DNA from: Bigelowiella natans CCMP2755
Taxonomy: Eukaryota > Protista > Cercozoa
Direction: 5' to 3'
Assembly (NCBI GenBank): GCA_000320545.1
Contig: ADNK01002570.1
Location: forward strand, 1-55,451
DNA length: 55,451 bases
In this document: positions 47,026-55,451 of the stretch, one piece after another
Position numbering within the stretch: position 1 is the stretch's first letter
How the letters are laid out: each line of letters begins with the position of its first letter
Notes under the pieces: generated by a model
What the model saw: the letters and a program-made list of their open reading frames with translations, nothing else
The model's database searches: none
Told to the model about the DNA's origin: nothing
Made by a program: the position numbers and the translations under genes

Positions 47026-47857
47026 TTGGGAATGATAACTTCATGGATGTCAGCATCCATAGATTACAAATCAGCAATTTCATTCATTGATGGCGATCAC
47101 AACATGCGAAAGACAATGAAGCACTTGACTGAGAATCTTAGTGCTCAAAGTCTTAGGTCCACATCTACAAATGTACACTTTCAAACATGCAATCATGTCG
47201 GTCTAGAAATACCATTCGATAGAACCTTGACATTATGTTTATCCAATTTATGCAGCAAAATCAACCTAGCTCTTGATCTAGTATCTCGAAATCCTATTTC
47301 TGTACTGGCAATTGCTTTGGTATATCTGGAGAGACTTCTTAAGATTCTTGATAGAGGCAATTCCGACTGCACGGAACTGTCAGATTTAAAAATTTTGGTG
47401 ACATCGAAGCTGAAGGAGCTCTTCATGTCACTACTGATACTAGCATCTAAACAACTTGACGGTAAGGTCTTCGTATTTTGAGTTCTTCAAATGTGTGAGT
47501 TTTTAATTTACAACTGTAATTTCTAAGATCGATCGCATTCTAACAAGCATTACATCAAAGCATCAACACTGAAGTTGAAAACGTTCAATGCAATGGTAGA
47601 ATACAAATCAGCGATCGAACATGATTACAAATATTTAGCAAATACTTAGGTTGACCAATTGATTCACTTGATGTTCATTGTTGCCGACAATGCAACAGGA
47701 AGTGGCATTGCTAAAAATTTTGAAGTACCGAATGATGGTGTGTTCCTACGACTGGTCAAGATATTGCTCTATGGCCATAACCTTGCGATCTACAACCATG
47801 CTCAACAAAACTAACGGACAATCTAAACTTCCTATCATCCATGGGGAGCCGTCATAG
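47026..47857 (+). CDS. PHO80/cyclin-U-like cyclin; start uncertain
   Basis: VLAIALVYLERL..LFMSLLILASKQLD|DRSHSNKHY..LKTFNAM|EVALLKILKYRM across two introns; stop TAG at 47855-47857. Confidence 0.85.
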
Positions 47858-48499
47858 TAGCCTAAATTTGAGGCCAAGATGCAGATACACAAAACAATTT
47901 AAATTCATGATCGATCTCAGTACTAGTACCCAACCATGACGGTGCGATGCAGGACTGACAGGCTCTTTGTGCAGCTACATAAGCGATAGCTGCGCAACAG
48001 CTCTAATGAAGCTACAGCACGTTCACCATCTATACTTGTAGACACATGCTGTACTACAGAAACTGTGCATCATCATGTAATCAATTCATTGTCTTGGTTG
48101 CCAAAGACTCATCGCGACGTACATGCGTGCAGGGTTAGAACTCGCATGTTCTAGACGTACTAGCGTAGCCTGTGCTACGACGGACCACATTGAAGCTTGA
48201 AGCATCATGCTGTCCATGGTTGGCGTATCACCGCTAGCAATAGCTTCGCATGTTCGACGCATGGGCATATGCATAAAATTATAACTACAAGTGTGCGATT
48301 ACGTTGATATGCATCAGTCAGCAGTGATCAAAATGAAACTTTTTAATGACCAAGTGGTTGCCTGTCTACCCATTAAGCTGCTTTGTAAGTCCTGTAGGAG
48401 GGGACTAGCAAACAGGGAAATAATAACAATAAGTGCTCCACTAGTCCATTCTGCTACAGTGCTCTTAACTAGTTAATGCAAATAAAAAAATGGTATCTA

Positions 48500-49026
48500 T
48501 CTAACCCTCTCCTATGAAAAGAAAATGACGTTTCGATTTGTTACTTTTCGTGTGGCTGAGATATGTCCCAAATATTTGGTCCCACCACATGAAGAAATGC
48601 CCGAAATTGAACCTGATCGAAAAGGACTCAGAACTTGTTTTACATACAATAGTAGAGTTGACTCGTGCGCGACAACCATGAAATGAAAATCAAGAAAATA
48701 ATGCGGGAGACAGGGTATAAAATAAAAATGGATAAAAAGTTACTTTAATTGGCTGTGGTGCACGTTATGGTCTCTCGCTGTTCCAATCCCTGCACGAATA
48801 GATATTACTTGGATTAATCAAACGAACACTAAGGACTATATTACGAAACAGGGCACTAATCGTATCTAAAATTTTTTTTTTGTTTCCGCATATTTTTCAC
48901 AGGTGTAATGAGCACTATCGGCAGAGCGGAAAATTGAATGACATCGCCATTTTCTGTTGTTACCTATTGCCTCAAAGATACCGTCCCATGGATTGGAGTA
49001 TCTGAAAATAGAAGGATGAACTTTCT

Positions 49027-49069
<43 letters not shown>

Positions 49070-51079
49070 TATACGTGCGTACAATGTGCAGCTGTTACTG
49101 TAAATATTTAGATAAGGAGCAGATGGTATAACAACATTCGAAGACACGTGTATTTACACAGATAAAACTTACTCGCTATGAATCAGCATGAAATAGTTCG
49201 CATACGTGCATCCAAACCAGGCGTAGTCCTTTACAAATGCCAATATATGTTACACAAATATAATATCTGTTTACTTACCCGTATGTTCATATTCATCTAG
49301 TCTATGGATATTCCTAAGTTCTAGTTCAAGACTTTGCTCAGACTTTTGCCCAAGGTATTTATATGTGTGGTAGACGACATACGTCTGATCTCCGTTCATG
49401 TGTTCATGTCTATGTGTAAAATAATTCTGGCAGTGTTACGAGGCGTCTTCCCACTCTCACACACAGCATCGGCCGCATGTGCCATCCACGAGGGTGTGGG
49501 GTAATACCTTCTGGTGGATGTCGACCCCGACCAAATGGAGGACGAGAACGGTGAGGTAGAGAGGGATGAGGATCAGCAATGTCGTGTCTTGCACGGAACC
49601 GCTGTTGAGATAGCAAGTGCGAGGTTAGGTTAGCACACACGTTATAAATCATTCTCGGTGGATGGATCATCTACATTACATTCATGGGGAGTACCTGTAG
49701 GCGTTAAAAAGGTGCGGATTTATGTAGGCGTGGTGGTCCTTGTGCGTCCTATACACTGTTTCCACTTGGTGCTGCACGCTGACAACATATTCACAATGAA
49801 GTAAGGTGCAAAAGTGACAAGGAAATAGTCCTCGACCCAGCTCCCTACATCGCCTACCCCTCTAAATTTATATTTTACCGGTGGATGATGTAGGTGATGA
49901 GGTCGTACACAGCGAACTGCAGGAAGACGTTGAGAACGCTAACAGGCGCCTCAAGATCATAATATGATTCCTGAGCGATGAATATGATTTCGATTATTCG
50001 CAGGAAGGATATTCTCCACGATCAGAACGACTATAAAGAAGGAAAAAAGAAATGCTAATTTTGACTTCGATTAGTGCCGCGAGTGAGATGGACCTCATCA
50101 AACATCATCGCCAACACCACCGCCATCATTATGCAGTTAATCGCACCGGCATGAGCTTGAACAGCCAAGTAATTGATAAGTACGGAACCAGCATGAAAAA
50201 CGCTTCGGCGCGTGTTGCATGGCCTCTATTTAGTAGAGACAGACAAGTGTGTAGTGAAGAAGAGGTTCAGTCGGGGAATGATGTTCCTCATAAGGGCGAT
50301 ATCACGAGTGTTTTGTATCAATAACTTACATGAGTTCCTGAGACCAGCTGAAATTGGGTTCGCTTTGTTGGATGTTACTCCCTGTGCCATGAAGATAGCT
50401 TTTGCGAATGAAATGGTAGGTAAACACTACCACGTGGCCGTAAAGTACTCCTATCAAAACATATCAACGGGTGAACCAGAGTTGGAGCTGATAACGGGGT
50501 CGGCCTTCTTATTTCTCAGCAACCCAGTCGGAGTTCAAAATAATCGCTACTTCTAAATATTTGCAACAACCTCTAATTCCCAGCCACAGCCCCCACCAGT
50601 CAGGAAAGGGTATCTGCTGCGACTCCATGCGCTGAAATATCAAAGGAGGACGATAGTTAAATTATCTACAATTTCAATAGTAGCTTCACCGGATAGCAAC
50701 ACCTGGTACAAGAAGTACACGAGGCCGATCTCTATCGAAATGAGATTGACCCACTGCATCATCCCGCCTTTCTTTGACTTGCGCTTCAGTTGATACGCTT
50801 TCTTGCTCGACAGCGATTCCTAGGCATAAAATGGTTATTCAAGTGATAACAGCTGTCTGGTCCAAAGGGGATACCTTAGTGCTGACTTCCACAGGTTGCG
50901 GTCCAGTCTTCGGGGTCGGCACCATCTTGCCTAAATAGAACAGACGAAACAATCCAAGGGCACGCATCAGCTTTGTGGAATGCTGATAGCATCGAAAATC
51001 TATTAAACCCTTCGAGATATGTACGCATTCCTTCTACATCATTTTTTTTTAAAGATTCCAAAAACACGTTAAGCTTCAT
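48500..51079 (-). CDS. Fatty acid hydroxylase / sterol desaturase superfamily protein, multi-exon
   Basis: His boxes YIIHRVQH, THKDHH, LIHSE, DHNVHHS, and the terminal NFGHFFMWWDQIFGTY motif. Confidence 0.85.
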
Positions 51080-51668
51080 ATTGAACGAGGATCCCTAAAT
51101 AAAACTATGCATCCCCGCAGCTAAGCCACCTTTCTTGCAATGCTTGCCTAGCAGGGCTGGGTGCAGCGGGTCGGGACAATGATTACGTTTTCACGCGCGA
51201 CACGACTCTACTATCAAAAGATGTAAAAACACCATGCATTCCATATGAGTTCACACAATGTAAGGTTGTCATTGCTCCCAGCATAACATGGGAGTATCCG
51301 AAATCATTGATGCATATTTTACAGTTTCGACACCAATAAAAGGATGTCGTTGTTTCATATTATATAACATAAATAATATTTTACTTGCATTTTCCAGAGA
51401 AAGAAAGTCTTAGAGATGAATTCACACGTCGCTCTCGTAACCTTTGACACAAGTCTAATGCAGCAGGAGTGATCATCATTACGACAACCAGTCGAGGATG
51501 TCACACCAAGCTTTCCGTGATATCGGTGAATCTGTCAACGTCGCCTACGAAAAAAATGGAGAATTTTACGAGAGCGTCAGAGGGAACGGGACAAAAACAA
51601 AGGGCATTTTTCACACATTAAAATGTTGTCTCGATGTATCTGTAAGGCCCTAATTTTGTTATAAAGAG

Positions 51669-52426
51669 ATGGTTGAGTTTGTCTCTCTACTAGAAACCTC
51701 CCTTACCGACAACCCTCCCCTGCCGTGCGGTGCTGCAGAGCTTGAGGCGTGCTTTTGTTACGGTGAGCTATGTGGCGGCACGCCTACGGAAAAGGTAATT
51801 GTCTTCTATTTTTTACTGGAAATGGTTAGTGGAAAGGGGGTTTGGCTAACGGTTTTATTCTAATGTGGAGCGATGATTACAGAATGGAACATTTTCCTGT
51901 GGTAGATCGTTGAGGTAGATTGTGATTTTAGGAGTGCGCAGCCTTCACCGACGAAGCGCCTCTTGCTCAGCTCCAACTTCCTCGTTTGCCTTGAGGTGAG
52001 TCTCGAACTGCTTTGACCCTAATTGTTCCGATAGAATTTGAGTAGGATTCGAAATTAAAGCCTCGTGGCCTGACTCGTTTTCTCAATTTCGCTGGCAGAA
52101 CTTCCCTGGCACGGAAAATTCCTTTTGGCCAACGGCAAAAGCCTACTTTCGGATACAGTCTATCATTTCTCCACCGATATAAATCGACAGTGTCTACGAC
52201 CGCGGATACTGATGCCTCCACGTCCACATCATCATCACCATCGTCGTCGTCGTCGTCATCATCGTCATCATCATCGTCTACATTGAATCAATCCCCTCTC
52301 CATTCAACCCTTCCTGAAAATGATACGGCCAAGGAATGTGCACCTCATGAAGTGGATGCTAGGAAATCTTCGGTTGGCTTTAAAATGATCTAATAGAGAT
52401 GCCATGGCTCATGTGTATTACTTATT

Positions 52427-52460
<34 letters not shown>

Positions 52461-52935
52461 ATATTACATGTATATGTGTGTTTGACATAGACCATTAAGG
52501 CCTATATCGAACTCGCAAAACCAGAGCTGAGTGCTCTTGTCATCACCACGGGAACATGGGGCTTCCTCCTCACAGGGTGAGACCAACAGCAATAGAAACA
52601 CGGAATTCAATTCTCTCACTTATCGCCTCTTGTCCTATGCCGTTCTGCCTCTTTCTCTTGCCTGCTGTGTTCCCCCCAACTTCCAACAGATGCGATAGCT
52701 TGCTGGCCGGGGTGTCGACCGTCTCAGGTAGTGCTCGCCAACATCCCAGGAGGCATTCGTAGAAGACTAACTTGGTATTATTCGGGCTTGCAGGGCTGGT
52801 CCTCTCTGCTGCTTCTGCTGCTGCGTGGAATCAGACCTCCGAGGTTTTTGTGACTAGGCTGTCTTGCAAGAATCCTTGCGCTCATGCCTGCATAGATACA
52901 TGATATCGCGCCCCTCGATACAATGTCGTGATGGA

Positions 52936-52971
<36 letters not shown>

Positions 52972-53808
52972 TAACAACGGTATAAAGTAACATCGGGGTT
53001 GTACTCACTGCATAATTTGACACGAACAGCGCGAATACGACGCGATGATGTTGCGTACGCGGGCAAGGCCCTTGCCCTCCGGTCGCCTCACCCCCACACA
53101 AGCAACCGCCTTCGTCACCACAACAGGTACGGTATGGCGGGTCATTAACATCATCGTCATCATCATCGTTATCACCATCATCATCATCATTATCATCATT
53201 GGCGGCAGGGATCGGTGGGGTGGCGCTGCTGTCGCTAGGAGCAAATCCTTTAACGGGCTTGCTTGGGCTAACGAACATCGTTCTCTACGGCCTCGCCTAC
53301 ACGCCGATCAAGCGCATCTCCCCATACAACACGCACGTGGGGGCGGTTGTGGGCGCTCTTCCCGTCGTTATCGGGTATGCAGCATGCATGTGCGTACGCG
53401 GGGCACCGCGCGAGAGGCAGTTGGTCTCTCGCCATGTTGGTAGAGATAGGTGCGGTGATGGCCGGCGGCGATGTGACGAGGAGCTCTGGGGTGACAGCTG
53501 CCAAATCTTTCTGTTTGTTACAGATGGACGGGGGGCGGCGGGGAGTTGATGGCTGTGGAGCCAGCTGTGCTCTTCTCCATTCTTTTCGCATGGCAGGTAG
53601 TAGTACTAGTAATAGTAGTAGTAGTAATAGTTCCTGGTGTGGGGGAGAATACCGAAAGGGCGGTGGCTGTAGCAGTACGTGCACGCAACGGGTGATGGTG
53701 ATGCGGTTGGGATGGTAGTGGTGATGAGAGTATCGACTGGTAAGGGAGGAGGCTCTATCATCTAGCACTAACACACACAAACACATGATACTGACATCCT
53801 TGCTACAG

Positions 53809-53839
<31 letters not shown>

Positions 53840-54229
53840 ACTATTACTACTAATGTGCTGCTACTGCTTCCCCCCCCCTCCTAGTTCCCGCACTTCATGG
53901 GAATCGCATGGAAGTACAGAAAGGACTACAAGCATGCTGGCTATCAGATGGTGACTAGGGATGACCCTGGAGCAACGAGAACGGCATACTGGGCAACATG
54001 CGGGGTATGAACCCCCCCACTCCCCCTCCTTTCGAGAGTAAGAACGAGAGAGGAGGGAGGGGGGGGGGGGGGGGGGGACATAGCGAAGGTATACTTACAT
54101 ATCTTTGTTCTTCCTTCTATCTCAGGCTTGGGCATTAGTGACCGTTCCATTTGTGAGGTATATTGTAGTAGCAGCAGAAGTGGTAGTTGTAGTGGGAGTC
54201 AATGCGAATTTTCTCATATAAATACGAAT

Positions 54230-54288
<59 letters not shown>

Positions 54289-54957
54289 CTGAATCGGTTC
54301 TGTGTTTAGTTACGGCGTGGGGATGACGAGCTCAATGTTCATCATCAGCTCGGCTATCCCGAATGCGGTATAATAGCGCACATACACTCACACACAAGTC
54401 AAAGCAAAGTATGAGAATTTGTATTTTGGGGTATAATTGAGAGTATCTGGACCTCTTTTTATAGACACGCCGCAAACATACAGGAATGTGTGCTATGCGT
54501 GATGTGAATAGCCACGTGGATTCGTGGTTGGGCTTCGATGTTGTTAGTCCGATTGGGATGTGCGCGCAGACTTCATATATCGTCGTCGTCGTTTCCGTTT
54601 TACCATTGTCTTCATCACTGCCATCAGCATAAGTATCATTCAGCATCTTGCTACGCACAGGCACTGGTGTACAGCTGCGTGCAGTTTGGTCGCAAACCAA
54701 GCGGAAGAACTGCGAACAGAGTCATTCTAGTGGGGTGAGTGGCAGTGTTTAGGAGTCTCTTTGTAGTGTTTATCGCTGCGAGGATGTATGGCATGAGTCT
54801 GCTTCGATGGGGATGCCTAGTCGGGTGGAAGGGGGGGAGGGGGCGCGCGTTAAGTAGAGACAGCGCTCTGACGGTGTTCGTGTTACTCTCCGTGAAATAT
54901 ATCATCAGGTTTGTATACTTGATGGTCTTCTTAGGGCTCATGTTTTTCCACAGGTAG
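51669..54957 (+). CDS. COX10: Protoheme IX farnesyltransferase (heme O synthase), multi-exon; start uncertain
   Basis: [85 protein letters not shown]. Confidence 0.93.
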
Positions 54958-54999
54958 GTGGGGCTATGTGTGACTGAATTCTGGCTTTCGCCATCATCA

Positions 55000-55005
55000 T
55001 CATCA

Positions 55006-55042
<37 letters not shown>

Positions 55043-55451
55043 GCGGTGATGTGCGATCGCTGTCTGCTCCGAATTCGCGCTGCCTACGCGGTGTTTTCCG
55101 GGATTTGGTCATCATTTTTACGATATTTCTCCCAATTACGAGAGCCTTCCGGCCGTGTAGCACCTTTCTTACCTTGCTCATCTTGAACTCAGCACCAGTA
55201 AAGCCCTGGAGATGCACCTGAATAGCCTGAGGAACATCCTGAGAAGGGTCAGCAGCATCCCATACTGATAATACAACCCATTCCTTCCAACTCTTCACGT
55301 TTCACTAGAATCACTGCACACTCCGAAGGCGCGCCGTCTCTTCGTCGCTGTTGTTTCTTCGCTAACCGGTCCTTGTTTTCTCGTGGCCAGGTGGGAAGAC
55401 AGCTGTGCATTCACGAGAGCGCCATCCTCAAGAAACCGGAGATGTGCCCGC
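55000..55451 (-). CDS. 3' end of a hypothetical multi-exon gene running off the window
   Basis: AG/GT-bounded segment WDAADPSQDVPQAIQVHLQGFTGAEFKMSK and a following exon from about 55083. Confidence 0.35.

Overview
Gene-dense, intron-rich eukaryotic (protist/algal-type) nuclear DNA with GT-AG introns, many filled with microsatellites. A chlorarachniophyte-like host is only my guess. In order, the window holds: the 3' part of a four-domain voltage-gated cation channel, a hypothetical gene, a BCCIP-like gene, a PrcB-C-like gene, a secreted bicupin, a telobox Myb gene and another hypothetical gene. An intact, very young Ty3/Gypsy LTR retrotransposon (28445-34160) follows. After it come a PH + AGC pseudokinase + PTEN/C2 locus, an intronless NikA-like gene, an alkenal/prostaglandin reductase, a hypothetical gene, a PHO80-type cyclin, a fatty-acid-hydroxylase/sterol-desaturase gene, COX10 and a partial gene. 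Most notable: (1) sharply bounded intergenic tracts almost free of TpA, with survivors mostly in CTA/TAG, suggesting a regional TpA->TpG/CpA mutational process; (2) the retrotransposon sits inside such a tract and its Pol ends in a degenerate adenine-methyltransferase-like domain; (3) an Akt-like pseudokinase in frame with a PTEN-like phosphatase; (4) a circularly permuted, membrane-anchored NikA. Exon structures and counts were done by hand, and family assignments come from motif recognition, not database searches.
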